Origin: Lama guanicoe
Taxonomy: Eukaryota
Direction of reading: 5' to 3'
DNA length: 64,000 bases
NCBI GenBank assembly: GCA_013239625.1
Contig: MU054049.1
Coordinates: 881,015-945,014, forward strand
Notes under the pieces: generated by a model
The model's input: only the letters and a program-made list of their open reading frames with translations
The model's database searches: none
What the model was told of the DNA's origin: nothing
Part shown: piece by piece, positions 1 to 12,581 of the stretch
Numbering within the stretch: position 1 is the first letter of the stretch
Layout: each line of letters starts with the position of its first letter
Made by a program: the position numbers and the translations under genes

Positions 1-395
1 GAACGACCCAGAGATACGCATCAGATTGTTACTCTATATCCCTTCAAGAGGAACAGAGTCCTGTGACTCTACTGTCCTGACTGTTAACTGCTTGAGCCCG
101 CTCTTTGGAACTCAAAGAAGGCGAAGGAGACTAAAACCTTTTACCCCCTATAAATAAGACATGAGAGACACGGAGGGTGTGTTTTGCTGTTGTTGTTGTT
201 GTTGTTGCTGTTGTTGTCTTAACCCAGGAAGACCCTGCAGGATCCTGCTTGGATTCAATCCCCCCTTTCTTTCGTTACTGCTCACTCCTGAGGGGAACAG
301 GTGTGGGACAAGAAAGGGAATAAAGTTTTAGATATAGAGAGGTCATTCATAATAAATTCCACAGAGGAACTCAGTTTTAGGGGGACTCGGTTTCA
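1..395 (-). mobile_element. ERV-type LTR fragment, truncated by the window edge; contains a (GTT)n tract at ~186-216
   Basis: Ends in ...ggggactcggtttca (CA terminus at 395). The motif ccctgcaggatcctgcttggattcaatccccctttct resembles mammalian ERV1 LTRs. Family and strand not verified. Confidence 0.45.
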
Positions 396-633
396 GGAGG
401 GGAGATAGTTTGTGCAGGAAGGGAAGGGGGAAGATGTGCTCTTCAGAGTTCCTTGAGCTACACTTCAGAGCTCACATCCACTTTATTTACAACTAGGGCT
501 TTGCTTTTGTTGTCTCCCTACAAGGGCTGCAAACCATCAAAATGCACCTGAACTTGCATCCAAAATTATGTCTCCAGGCCACAAGTCTTAAGTCCTTTGC
601 ACCTGGTAAATGCTTAAGTCTCAAATTCCAGAC

Positions 634-967
634 CTGTGTTATCCAATGCAATAGCCTGCAGCCATCCCTGGAAAGTAGCCAGTCTGAACTGAGATGTCCT
701 GTAAGTTGTAAAATGCACATCAGATTTCAAAGATATTAACAATAAAAGACATGTCAAAGATCTCACCTCATTAATACTGAAAATACTGATTACCTATTGA
801 AATGAAAATATCTTGGATATATTGGGTTAAATAAAATATATTTAAAATCTAGTTACATAAATAGATTTAATGAATATAACCTATGTATTTTTACTTTTTA
901 AAATGTGGCTGCATCCAAATTTAAAATTACATATGTGGCTTGTTTTATATTTCTGCTGGGCAACACT
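634..967 (-). mobile_element. hAT-Charlie MITE, MER33-like
   Basis: Reverse complement reads ...tgttgcccagcagaaatataaaacaagccacatatgtaattttaaattt..., matching the recalled MER33/MER3 start; ~330 bp. Confidence 0.7.
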
Positions 968-1117
968 CTTCAGAGAAATGATACTTCTGGTTCCAGAGCT
1001 AAAGCTATCATGGGGCATATGGTTCCAGAAGGACGGGAAATAGAGAAGTAAAAAGCCACTTGTCCCAAACAATTCCAAGAAGAAAGACATATGGAGGGTA
1101 AGAAGAATGGACTTAGT

Positions 1118-1335
1118 ATTTACAATAAGCCAGACACTGGGTAGGAGGGCACTGGTATTTACAATCCTATTTAATCCCCTCAGTGAGATCAGTTTCATCT
1201 CTCCGATTTTACAGATGAGAAAAATGGAGGCTCAAAGAGATAAGGTCCTCTGCCCTCAGACATTAAGTGCCTTGGCTGGGATTTGAGCCTAGTTCCATCT
1301 GATGTTAAAGCCTGCGTGCTTTGCATTAGGAACAC
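1118..1335 (-). mobile_element. MIR SINE
   Basis: Core ttttacagatgagaaaaatggaggctca followed by ctgggatttgagcctag...ctgat. Confidence 0.7.
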
Positions 1336-4300
1336 TGCCACCAAAACTTGAGGAAACACTTCTGGAGGGGAATAGTCAACATTTGGCAAAAGTGTGAAAA
1401 CTGCTCTTCCTTGTTGGCCAATGGTTAATCCTTCTTCTGAGAATTCATCTTCATAGATAATTCACCACAAATAAAAAGATGGTGCAGGAATTCCTTTCTC
1501 TCAGCATTACCCATGACAACGTGAAGACACCCTGAGCATCCCATTGTTAGGGAGTAAAAGAGGCAATTATGGACTACTGACCAAGAGGATGCTTCTTGGT
1601 CACTAAATCTGATAATTTAAGGAAAAGAGCAACATACACTATATTTATGGCATGATGATGGACGATTAATATATTAGTACTTTATACATCAATTAAAAGT
1701 AAAATATGCTTGGGTGTGAAAAGTAGTATGCAAAAAAAAAAGAGCAGGAAACACTTGTTGGTTTTTGTATTTTCAATATAATAGTAAGACAATTGCCCAA
1801 GTAGCACTCCAATAGCAGCTTTAAAGGATATGCACAAAATATAAAGAGATATACAGTAAAAGATTGAAAAAAGATATGCACATAAAAAGAAACTGTGTTC
1901 TGGAGTGATCAGAGCATATCAGAAGTGAATAATGTTGAAACACGCTACAGTAAGCCCACAGGGCTTTCCCCTGGTCTCTGATTGTGGACCAGATGATACT
2001 GAGAGTGGCCCCAGGTGCAAAAAGCAGGTGTCCCCGGCGGAGGGGTAGGGGGTTGGAAGACAAGTGTTACAAAGGGGCTTATTGACCCTGCAGCTCTATG
2101 TCCATTGTCTTGAATGCTTGTCCTTTAGAAGCGAATGGAAGGCAGCGATAATTACGGTGCCACAGCCCAAGATGGGGAAGACTGGGCAACAGGGCTTCCC
2201 TCTCCTGCGCAGGTGCCTGAGGCTCCCAGGGAACGGGCACCCAGCGCATGCGCAGCAGCTGCACAGGGCGGCCACCACCACCTTTGAGGGGAGCCAAGAG
2301 GGAGAAAAGAGCCAGGACAGTCGGGGTGGGCAAGTGTCCAGACATTCAAAAGGAAGAAACCCAACGAATCAGAACAGAGTCCTGTTATTTTATTTGAGTT
2401 TTCCCTTTCATGTGCCTGTCTCCAGGAAGCATTTCACTATGCAAATAATACATACACCCTACGAGGGTAACCCATACCGGTCAGTGGCTCCTTCTTGGGA
2501 CTGGGGAAAGAATGAGAGGGGAAGTTACCCTGCAGAGTGATTCTACTGCTTCCCCTTGTGAAAAGGGACCCCCCCCATCACCCGTCTAAAATACCATTTC
2601 TTTCCAAGAAAAACTTCTTTCTGCACACAATTTAAGATGTCTGAATTGTCTAATTTTTTGACCTGTGTGTTTAATACCCCCAACATTAATTAAATAATTG
2701 TAGCATTTTCTATTGCTAAAAACTCCGGATTGAAGACATACAGAAATGCGAGAGATAAAGTGCGTTTATAAACAATGATAGCACAAGGAAAGCGATGAGT
2801 GCCACAGTTACAGGCAAAAGGTACTGAGTAACAGCAATAAATTTGGGGATTGCAAACTGTGGACTTTTATCTTGCGTGACTCCACAAGTCACGTGTGCTC
2901 ACAGTGACTTTCACTCCCAGGCTGCCCTTTTCATCTGTGTTGTGGGACAGGATGGGAGTGGGGGAGGGGATCTTAATTCTGCCCTCCCTGGTGTGACGAC
3001 TAGGTGAGATCAGGTGTGTGTGCAGCATTATAGACCGGGAAGTGCTGTCACCCGCTGAGGGTGACTGCTTCCCAATCACAGAATGGCCCAGTGGTGGGAG
3101 GAGTTTGGAAGTTGGAGAGAAGAGTTATTTCTTGCTTGGGCCATCAGAGAAGCGTGTGCCCAGGGGGCAGCCAGGAACTGTGTTCGGAAGGCGGCAGGAT
3201 TAGGATGCATAGAGCCGAGGGCGGAGCATCGCAGGCAGAGGAGATGCTTGAGTAAAGGCAAAGGGTCAGCATATGAGTGAGTGGGTGGTTTGGCCAGACC
3301 CCACTGGAGGTGCAGCATCTGGGGGCCTTCATGACTTGGCCTCCGTCCATGCTCTCCATCCTACTCCCCTCCTGCCTCCCTCCCAGTGGCACAAAACTAC
3401 CTGTGGTTCAGCCTCACCTCTCTTGTCCCTTTGAGTGTCCTTCCCCTGGGAGCAATTCTCTCTGGCCTGTCCACAGTCTTACTCCCCTTCCCTCTGGCTC
3501 CCTCTCCAAAGCCCCTGCTTCTGTGAAGCTGCTCTTTCTGTCTCCCACTCTCACCCCACCCCATCTCACCCTCAATAACCAGCTCCTTCCCTCTGCCCCC
3601 TTAGTGCTGGATTCCTGCTCCAGCATCCTTTTGTAGCATCCTTTTTCCTGCCTCCTCTCCCCCGAAGGCTGTGAGCACCTAGGGATAGGGGTTGGCCCGC
3701 TGGGCAGGTCCACATCTAACAGAGGGTCTCCGTGCTCCACCGTGATGCTCCCTGCTGAGAGCCACACAGATAAGCCCAAGACACTGCATGGAGCAAAGGC
3801 CATGTCCATTATGGGCATTCATGGTCCTTCCACTGTAGACACCCCTACCCCGTTCCCTGCTCCCTGTGCTGCAGCCTCTTTGAACCCCACCCATGTCCCC
3901 CACATGCTACCTGGAGTATTCTCAGTACCATCCCCTGCACCATCTTTTCTGAGAAGCCCTTCCAGTCCACCCTGCCCCTACCAGGCTGAGCCATGAGCCT
4001 CCTCTGTGCCCCACAGCCAGGTATATCCCTGCCCAGCTCCTACCCAACTCTGTCTGCTTCCTCGCTCGTCTCTCTGCTGTCTCAATTGTGAGCTTTCAAG
4101 TCCAGGGCAGCTCTGGGGACTAGCCTGGAGGGTGAGTGATTAATGCGCGGTGTGCTGCTGGTGTCAGCCCAGGAGTGACTGGCCAGCCGGTGCCCACCTT
4201 GTGCCCAGGCTGATGAACCCTTGACCTCGTGGCTCCCAGAGAGCATCTCTTCCTAGGAGGGGATGGTGACACCACAGGGTCCTGCCCCAGGCCTGCTTGC

Positions 4301-4693
4301 CTGCGATGTGAGGGGGCCAGATGGCAGAGCTGGGGCTAGACCTCCTACAGCCAGGGGTCAGATCCCTGCAGAAACTAGTTTCCAGCTTGTACCCAAGGTG
4401 CCCCCGAGGTCTGTTTTTACCACCTTTTACCACTGTGTCAAGCCAACCTAGAGTGTTGGAAGGGGACAGGGGCGGGCATTAGAGGCAGAAGAGTCTGCGG
4501 TTGACTTTTATTGTGATACTTATTAGCAGTTTGATTGCAAATAAGTTACCTATTTTCTCTGAATCTCAATTTCTCTGAGTCTTGCTTTTCCTATCTGTAT
4601 ACTGGGCATGATCATATGTCCTTTACAAGTTTTGTAAGATTAGAGAACACTGATGGCCCTGTTAGTAGATATCCACTCAATTACAGCTGGTTT

Positions 4694-4855
4694 CTTTTTT
4701 TTTCCACATCTTTCCTTTTTAAAAAATACATACATTCTTTTCTTTCTTTCTTTCTTTTTTTTTTTTTTTGGTTAATAGAGGAACTGGGGATTGAACCTAC
4801 AACCTGGTGCATGCTAAGTGTGCCCTCTACCACTGAGCTATACCCCTTATTCCCC
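4694..4855 (-). mobile_element. tRNA-Ala-derived short SINE (camelid vic-1-like), copy 1
   Basis: Reverse complement ggggtatagctcagtggtagagggcacacttagcatgcaccaggttgtaggttcaatccccagttcctc plus A-rich tail; TSD acagctggttt at 4683-4693 and 4856-4866. Confidence 0.85.
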
Positions 4856-5771
4856 ACAGCTGGTTTTATTTAAGCACCATTTCCTTATGTTCCAGTGGAG
4901 GCCGAGCCACCAATTAACTCCCTCACTGGGGAGGCTCCCGATTATGGGGGCTGGGCTTCTTGTTAGCTATGCTGTCACCAGCCCCTGTCTTTGTGCTGAC
5001 AGTGATAGCTCAGTTGCAGCTAAGCTTTGAGGGTCTGGCCAGGGGAACTGCTCCCTGGCCATTTTTGGCAACGTGGAAGTTGACACACATACCAAGATAT
5101 GAAACTGGGTCTCCTCCCTAGGACACTGTGGGTTCCTATATTCGGTTGCTGTTGCAAAAACCGCAGAGGTGTGTTCTGACCAGGAGTGCGCGGACTGGAG
5201 TCAGAAAAAAGGAAGTGTTGCAGGTGATGGGAGGGGTTGCCCAACCTGCCTGGTTCCTGCCAATCGAGTCTCCACCTGAGTCTTCAGGGGAATTCCTGAA
5301 CTTCTCGATATGGGCAAGGACTTTCCTTACAGGGTAGACAGGGAAGAGGATGGTCTTTGAGGTGCTGGACCACCCAGGAGAGGCTTTGGAGGCAGACAGC
5401 CCCAGGCCTCAGCAAGTGGCCAGCTTCCACTTCTAAGCCTCAGTCTCTTCATCTGAAAACAGCATCCCTGCATCCAGCCTATGGGGTCATTGTGTGGACC
5501 AGAGAGCGTGTGCACAATGCCTGGAGTACAGGCCCTCAGTAAGGCTGCGCTCCAGCCTCGAGGCTTCTCCTGACTTGGGGCTGTCCGGGGAGAGGGGTAT
5601 AGTGGGGTAGCTACTTCATTCTCTCACCAGCATTTTTCAGGTTTCTTCTCTTGGTCCAGTGTCTGGGGGTAGGGAGGAGGGGCAGTCAGGACTTGCAGTA
5701 ACACTAGGTAAAACCTAGGTAACAACACATCTCTGCCTCCAAAAGTCTTCTGAATCAAGGCATCTCTTCAG

Positions 5772-5939
5772 GCAGTGGTACCCAAAATGTGGTCCCTGAA
5801 ACAGCTGCCTTGGCATCATTAAGAGACTTGTTAGGGACACAAATTCCTGGGCTTCATCCCAGACCTCTTGAATCGGAAGGTCTCAGTTTTAGTAATTTCC
5901 TCAGGCAATGCTGATGCACGTCAATGTTTAGGACAACTG
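5772..5939. mobile_element. MER5A-like hAT-Charlie MITE
   Basis: cagtggtacccaaaatgtggtccctg...gacttgttagg...caaattcctgggcttcatcccagacct...tgctgatgcacgtcaatgtttaggacaactg. Confidence 0.7.
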
Positions 5940-6784
5940 AGTTCAGGAATGCCTTCTCCTGGAGGGCAGGTTTCAAGCTGGAGGTTTGATTGTTCACCTC
6001 CCAGAACCACCTGAATGCTGGCTGCCGAGCCAGGCAGGGCACTTCAAGGGGAAGTGAAGCCTCAGGGTATGCTGAATTCCTGTCACCTCTTTCCTCACGG
6101 ACCCACATGGAAACATCAAGACGGTCATTCCCTTGATGTTAGTCTCCATGTCTACCCTTTACTCCTTTCCTTTGTGCATCATGGAAGCTGTGCTCTCGGG
6201 CCATGCACCGCCTCCTATAGAAACGTCAATGGTCCAGCCCACTTTCTGCAAGTTTTGGGGGCCTTATGTTGTCCAAGCCACTTCTAACTCTGATTTCTCT
6301 GATCTTGTCGCTGAGCCTCACTGTATCTCCCCTTCCATACTATGTCTGTCCTTTCCATCCAGGGCTAACCCAGGGGTGCAACACAGAGCCTCCATAATTG
6401 ATTTCCCCATGGTCCTTCCAATAGCAAACGTGTACTGAGGTCTTGGGCCAGAGGGGAATTCACGTCCCCTCCCTTGAAAATATTAGCTGTGTACCTTGGC
6501 ACTAGAAGTGGTACTAATGCTAGTACACAGCTGTGTACTCGCTGTGAAAAATGCTACTGGAACTCACAGTGACTCTGTTTCCTCATCTCTAAGGGAGGGT
6601 CAGGAGAGTCCCCATGCCATGGGGCTGGGGGCAGAATTAAGTCAGCTTACGCATGCAAAGCACTCAGCGCAGAGCCCAGAGTGGAGTCACCATTCAATAG
6701 GTGCTCTTACTGTCATTATTATTTTATTAGAGTCATGAAACTGGAAGAATTGTACCTTCTTCCTTTAATATCGATCAACTGATT

Positions 6785-7285
6785 GATTGTGATCAAATAC
6801 ATATAACAAAAAATTTACCATTTTAACCATTTTTAAGAGCACTGTTCAGCGGCATTAAGTCCACTCACACTGTTGTGCAACCATCACCACCATCCATCTC
6901 CAGAACTCTTCCATCTTGCAAAACTGAAACTCTGTCCCCACTAAATATTAAGTCCCAGTCTCCCCTCCCTGCAGCCCCTGGGAACCACCATTCTACTTTC
7001 TGTCTGGATGAATTTGATGACTCGAGATCGTCATATCCGGAATCACTCAGTATATGTCTTTTTGTGACTCACTGATTTCACCTAACATAGTGCCCTCAAG
7101 GTTTATCCATGTTGTAGAATGTGTCAGAATTCCCTTTCTCTTTAAGGCTGAATAGTGTCCCATTGTATGGATAGACTACATTTTGTTTATCCATTCATCC
7201 ACAGACGGACGTTTGGGTCATTTCCACCTTTTTGCTGTTGTAAATCATCATGCTGTAAACATGGGTGTACAAATATCTGTTGATT
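6785..7285 (-). mobile_element. old L1 (L1MB-like) 3' end
   Basis: aaatttaccattttaaccatttttaag...tgtgcaaccatcaccaccatccatctccagaactctt...tttaaggctgaatagtgtcccattgtatgg. Confidence 0.8.
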
Positions 7286-7368
7286 TGTGTGTGTGTGGGG
7301 GGAATCCTTTCACTTTTCATAATTGACCTGTCTTGTCTAATTTGACAAAATGACCACTTATAAAAATA

Positions 7369-7583
7369 CAAGTGACCTTTGAACAACATGAGTTTGAACT
7401 GTGCTGGTCTGCTTGTATGTGGGTTTTTTTCAATAGTAAATACAGTAGTACTAAACCACCCGTGGTTGGTTGAATTCATGGATGCTGAAGCACAGATGTG
7501 GAGGGCCGACTGAGTTACATGGGGATTTTTGACTGCGTGGAGAGTTGGCGCCCCAATCCCTGTATTTATTCAAGGGTCAACTC
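7369..7583. mobile_element. Tigger2-type (MER8-like) TcMar MITE
   Basis: Imperfect terminal inverted repeats caagtgacctttgaacaaca / tttattcaagggtcaactc, flanked by TA at 7367-7368 and 7584-7585. Confidence 0.8.
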
Positions 7584-7764
7584 TACAGTTTTTTTTTAAT
7601 TGGATGGAATAGTGGATGGGAACTTGGGGTACAGCCCCAACAAAGAGACTGAGGCCTGGGAGGGACCCTGAACGAGCCCTCTACCTTAGTGTGGCTTATG
7701 TTCACAGGAGATTTGATCCTGTCCCCAGCTGGAAACATTCCGAGAAAGGGGGCGTTGGGGGTTA

Positions 7765-7990
7765 AGGAAAAGTGTGTTGGCTTTGGACTCAGACACACAG
7801 AACGTTCTTCGTGGTCACCTGGGGAAGCGATTGACCTTCTCTGAGCCTTGCTTTCAGCACCTGTAAAATACTGCCCCTGTTTGTGTGCTCCCTCATGGGG
7901 TGTTGTGTGAAGGTAACGTGAGATAATACGGAGAGAAAGGTGCAGAGCCGGGATGCAGTAAGCATTCAGCGCAGTGGAGTTCTTACTACC
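7765..7990 (+). mobile_element. MIR SINE
   Basis: ggctttggactcagac...gaccttctctgagccttgctttcagcacctgtaaaata...gttgtgtgaaggtaacgtgagataat. Confidence 0.65.
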
Positions 7991-8099
7991 ATTAAACATG
8001 TCGGTGCATCCTTGTTGTACTGGATAGAGCAGGGGAGGGACCAAACCTTAGTTCCTAGCTTCTCTGTTAGTGCTCTTTCCATCGTGGAATGTTTGCTTT

Positions 8100-8860
8100 G
8101 TTAATGTCAGATTGATTGATGTGTGATTTACAAACAAAATATTTTTTCCCCTTGTAATGTGCCCTCTGGACAAACATACAGAGCTATGTGGCCACCACCA
8201 CGGTCAAGGCATAGAACATTTCTATCACCCTCAATGTTCCCTTCTCCCCTCTGGAGCTGCCCTCCTATCTCAAACCCCTGGCACCCCGTGATCTATTTTC
8301 TGTCCCTTTTATTTTGCCTTTTCCTGAATGTCATGTAAATGGGTTAAAAAGCGGTATGCAGCCTTTTGAGGCTGGCTCCTGTCACTCAGCACAAGCCCTT
8401 CGAGATCCTTCCAGGTTGCTGTGGATCAATAGCGTGTCCCCTTTTACTGCAGAGAAGCGTCCCAGTGCACAGAGATGCCTGTTTGTTTATTCATTCACCC
8501 CTTGGTGGAAATTTGGGTTGTTTCCAGGTTTGGGCAGCTGTGAATAGACCTACTCTAAGCATTCATGTGTAGGCTTTGATAGGAACGTAAGTTTTCATTT
8601 CCCCAGGGTAAATACTCAGAAGAGTAATGGTTGGGTATATGTTTAACTTCCTCGGAAGTTGCCAGACTGTCTTCCAGACTGGCCGTACCATTTGCACTCA
8701 CACCAGCCGGAGGAACAGTTGTGGTTGCTAAACACCCTTGCCAGCACTGATTGGTTTTTATTTATTTTTTAAAGATGTTTTAATAGGTGTGTCCTAGTAT
8801 CTCACTCTGGTTTTTTTTCCTCACCATAGTTTTAATCTACATTTCTTTGATGATAATGTC
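8100..8860 (-). mobile_element. old L1 (L1MB/MC-like) 3' portion
   Basis: catagaacatttctatcaccc...ttttgccttttcctgaatgtcatgtaaatgg...aacgtaagttttcatttccccagggtaaatac. Confidence 0.7.
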
Positions 8861-8973
8861 TTTATCCGCCCCAGTGCTTCTGATTAACTGAAGTAGGCTG
8901 TGGAGTGAACAAAGAGTCCCTGTTATTATGACTTTTGTCCACTGCCCACCCTCTCTGCCTCTTTTCAATTTGC

Positions 8974-9597
8974 CTTTTTTAAACAATTTTTTTATTGAAG
9001 TATAATCGATTTACAATGTCGTGTTAATTTCTGGTGTTCAGTATATTGATTCATTCATATATGTGTGTGTGTGTGTGTGTGTGTATACACATTCCCTCTA
9101 ATATTCTTTTTCATTATAAGCCATTACAATGTATTAAATATAGTTCCCTATGCTATACAGTAGGACCTTGTTGTTTATCTAGTTTATAACATAGTAGTTA
9201 GTATCTGCAAATCCCAAACTCCCAATTTATTCCTCCCCACCTGCATCCCCCCTGGTAACCATAAGTTTGTTTTCTATGTCTGTGAGTCTGGCTCTGTTTT
9301 GTGAATAAGTTCATTTGTGTCCTTTTTTTTTTAGATTCCACATATAAATGATTTAATATGATATTTTTCTTTCTCTTTCTGTTTTACTTCACTTAGAATG
9401 ATTATCTCCAGGTCAATCCATGTTGCTGAATCCATGTTGAATGACATTATTTCATCCTTTTTTATGGCTGAGTAGTATTCCATTGTATATATAGACCACA
9501 ACTTCATTATCCAGTCCTCTGTCAATGGACATTTAGGTTGTTTCCATGTCTTGTCTATTGTAAATAGTGCTGCCATGAACATTGGTGTGCAGGTAGC
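8974..9597 (-). mobile_element. young 5'-truncated L1 (ORF2 C-terminus + 3'UTR)
   Basis: ORF 9331..9603(-) translates TCTPMFMAALFTIDKTWKQPKCP...WSIYTMEYYSAIKKDEIMSF; T-rich tail; TSD tttcaatttgc at 8963-8973 and 9598-9608. Confidence 0.92.
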
Positions 9598-11140
9598 TTT
9601 CAATTTGCTTTGAACTTGTAAGCTCTCTTGTTACTGTGAAATGGTGAGGAAGAAGGAAGCAAGGCCGAGCCCCGCCAGTCACATGTTTTTGGAACAAGAA
9701 GGGCTTTGTTATGTTTTTCTGAGAGCTCCAGGTTGAGGCCAGGCTCTTGCTGAACAAGGAGCAAGAGCGTTTGGATCTGCTGACCTACAACGAGGAACTG
9801 ACTTTTGAGTGGAAAGGAAAACAGGTCCTTTACAGCCACACATGAGAAGTTGCTGTTCTGTTCTGCATCATCTGGTTTACAAGCTCCCCAGCTCCAGGGC
9901 CTGGGGGCCTCTGCACCTGGGACGTACAATCCAGAAAGTGTAAGAGTCACATATGCTGACAAGAAAGGGGGAGAGGAATTTAATCTTGGATTTTATCATT
10001 GCAACTCTTTGTCATCAGGTCTGAGTGTCCCCAAAGAATGCACTGAGTCCCAGATTTCCTCTGACCTGCCCCATTGCAGGGAGGCTCCATACACTTTCTT
10101 GCTCATTTCCTCCAGAATAGCTTCCTGGCATCTTAGCTCCAAGGGCTGCTAAATCCCATCTCACAACCTGAGACTCTCACCCGCTGGAAAAATCACCCCT
10201 CAGAAAGTCAGGGATGAAGTAGTCAATCAGCCTCGGGTCCTTGCAGACTTGTCATCTGGCTCCCTGCACACTGTGCGCAGACAGGGAGCACTGCACTCAC
10301 GCCCCTCACCACACACAGCCCACAGGCTCAGCCCACTCAGGTGCCTCTCCAGCCATCCTGCCCTGACTCACTGTCCTGAGTCCCTTCTCTAGTCGGCGTA
10401 TAAAGGCCAGAGGGTGGAACTGAGATCAACAGGGCCGTTTCAGTGAGGAGAAACCGAGACTCAGAGAGGGGAAGTAACTTGGTTCAGGCGGCACAGTAGC
10501 CAAGCTGAGACTGGACTCCAGCCCTCTAGCTCCTACCCCGGCCCCGCGGCTCCTCTCCGCCTGGGGCTGCGTGAACGGGCAGGTGCCTGCAAGGCTGCCT
10601 CTCTCTCTCACTACCTCACACAGGCTGCAGAAAAGCAGGGCCTCTGGTCTGCCTGGTTGGGCACGTGGACGAGACATGATTGAACTGGGCTGTGTGTCAC
10701 ATGCCCTGAGCCTGATCCAAACTGGGAGACAGCTCGCCAGCACCAAGCGGGGCCTCGTCTTGCCCTGGGGATTCCTGGGGCCCCCTGCAGCCCCCAGTCC
10801 TGTGGTCCTGCCAAGGCCTTTACCCTTCCCCAAACTTGCCTCTCTCTAAGAACACTTTCTAGGGTGGGAAGCCACCCTTCAGCCTGTGGTACCTGGCTAA
10901 GCCCCTCTCTCCACCCAGGGTCCCAAGTGAGCCCTTTTATGAACTCAGTTTCTGGTGTACAGTGCTGTCTCCAGACCTGGGGTGGACTCTGCTCTGACCA
11001 CCAACTGACAGTGGGACCCTGGGCAGGTCACTTCTCTGCTGTGAGTCTCAGTACCATCTGCAGACAGAGGCTTTGGCATCACTGGATGGAGGGAAGATTA
11101 AGTGAAGGGATGCAGGTAAATGCTGTATCAGCAGGCATCT

Positions 11141-12066
11141 ATAACCTAAATAGACATTTCTCCAACGAAGACATACAAATGGCCAACAGGCACATGAAAA
11201 GATGCTCAATATCACTAATTATCAGAGAAATGCAAATCAAAACTACAGTGAGGTATCATGTCACACCAGTCAGAATGGCCATCATTAAAAAGTCCACAAA
11301 TGATAAATGCTGGAGAGGCTGTGGAGAAAAGGGAATCCTCCTACACTGCTGGTGGGAATGCAGTTTGGTGCAGCCACTGTGGAAAACAGTATGGAGATTC
11401 CTCAAAAGATTAGGAATAGACTTACTGTATGACTCAGGAATCCCACTCCTGGGCATGTATCTGAAGGGAACCCTAATTCAAAGAGACACCTGCACCCCAA
11501 TGTTCATGGAGCACTGTATACAACAGCCAAGACATGGAAACAACATAAATGTCCATTGACAGATGACTGGATAAAGAAGCTGTGGTATATTTATACAATG
11601 GATTATTGCTCAGCCATAAAAATGAATGAAATAATGCCATTTACAGCAACATGGATGGACCTAGTGATTATCATACTAAGTGAAGTAAGCCAGAAAGAGA
11701 AAAAAATACCGTGTGATATCACTTATATGTAGAATCTAATAAAATGATACAAATAAACTTATTTACAAAACAGAAACAGATTCACAGACATAGAAAAATA
11801 ATTGTGGTTACCATGGGGGAAAAGAGAGGTGGAGGGATAAATTGGGACTTTGGGATTTGCAGATTCTAACTACTATAAGTAAAATAAACCAAAAGGTCCT
11901 ACTGTATAGCACATGGCACTATATTCAATACCTTGTAATAGACTATAATGAAAAAGAATATGAAAAGGAATATATATTTATATATGTACAACTGAATTAC
12001 TATGCTGTGCACCAGAAATTGACACAACATTGTAAACTGACTATACTTCATTAAGAAAAAATAAAA
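11141..12066 (+). mobile_element. young 5'-truncated L1 (ORF2 C-terminus + 3'UTR)
   Basis: Translates [38 protein letters not shown]...[18 protein letters not shown] (L1 ORF2 Cys-rich region); A-rich tail near 12052-12066. Confidence 0.93.
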
Positions 12067-12390
12067 GGAGGTACCAATAAATGCTGTCCCCCAACCCTAA
12101 TGATGACATATGCAGAGCACTGACTTAATTCCCTTTGAGGGATCCTATTATTATCCCATTTCACAGATGAGGACACTGAGGCAGGGTTGGGTTTCATCCT
12201 TGGTCTAAGCCCATTGGATTCAAACCGGAGCAGCCTGGCTCCAGCCTGTGCTTATGGCCACTGCTCTGCGCTTATTAGAATAGACTCCAAGGAAGTCTGG
12301 ATATATGTTTAAACTTGTTGATTTTTGTGAAAAATACCCTCAGCTTCAATTCTCTTAGGGGGAGGCCAGTGGGATGGGGTTGGGCACCTG

Positions 12391-12581
12391 CAGGATTGGA
12401 TCCTGTCTTTACTTAAAATTTTCCTGTTTTTCTCACCATGGGATTTTTTTTCCCCATTAATTTCGATTTTAAAAATTTTGCATTGAAATGTTCTTTATCT
12501 TGGCTGCTGAGGTTTTGGCGCCCCCTTAAATCTTGTGTCTGAAGTGAGTCCCTCACTCACCTCAACCTAACCCCAGTCCTG
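12391..12581 (-). mobile_element. hAT MITE, MER96-like
   Basis: ggcgcccccttaaatcttgtgtctgaagtgagtccctcactcacctcaacctaaccccagtcctg; cagga/tcctg termini. Confidence 0.5.

Noticed and set aside
10864..11559. 231-aa ORF
   Set aside because: Chance fusion of unique/MIR sequence with an L1 ORF2 C-terminal fragment; GTG start
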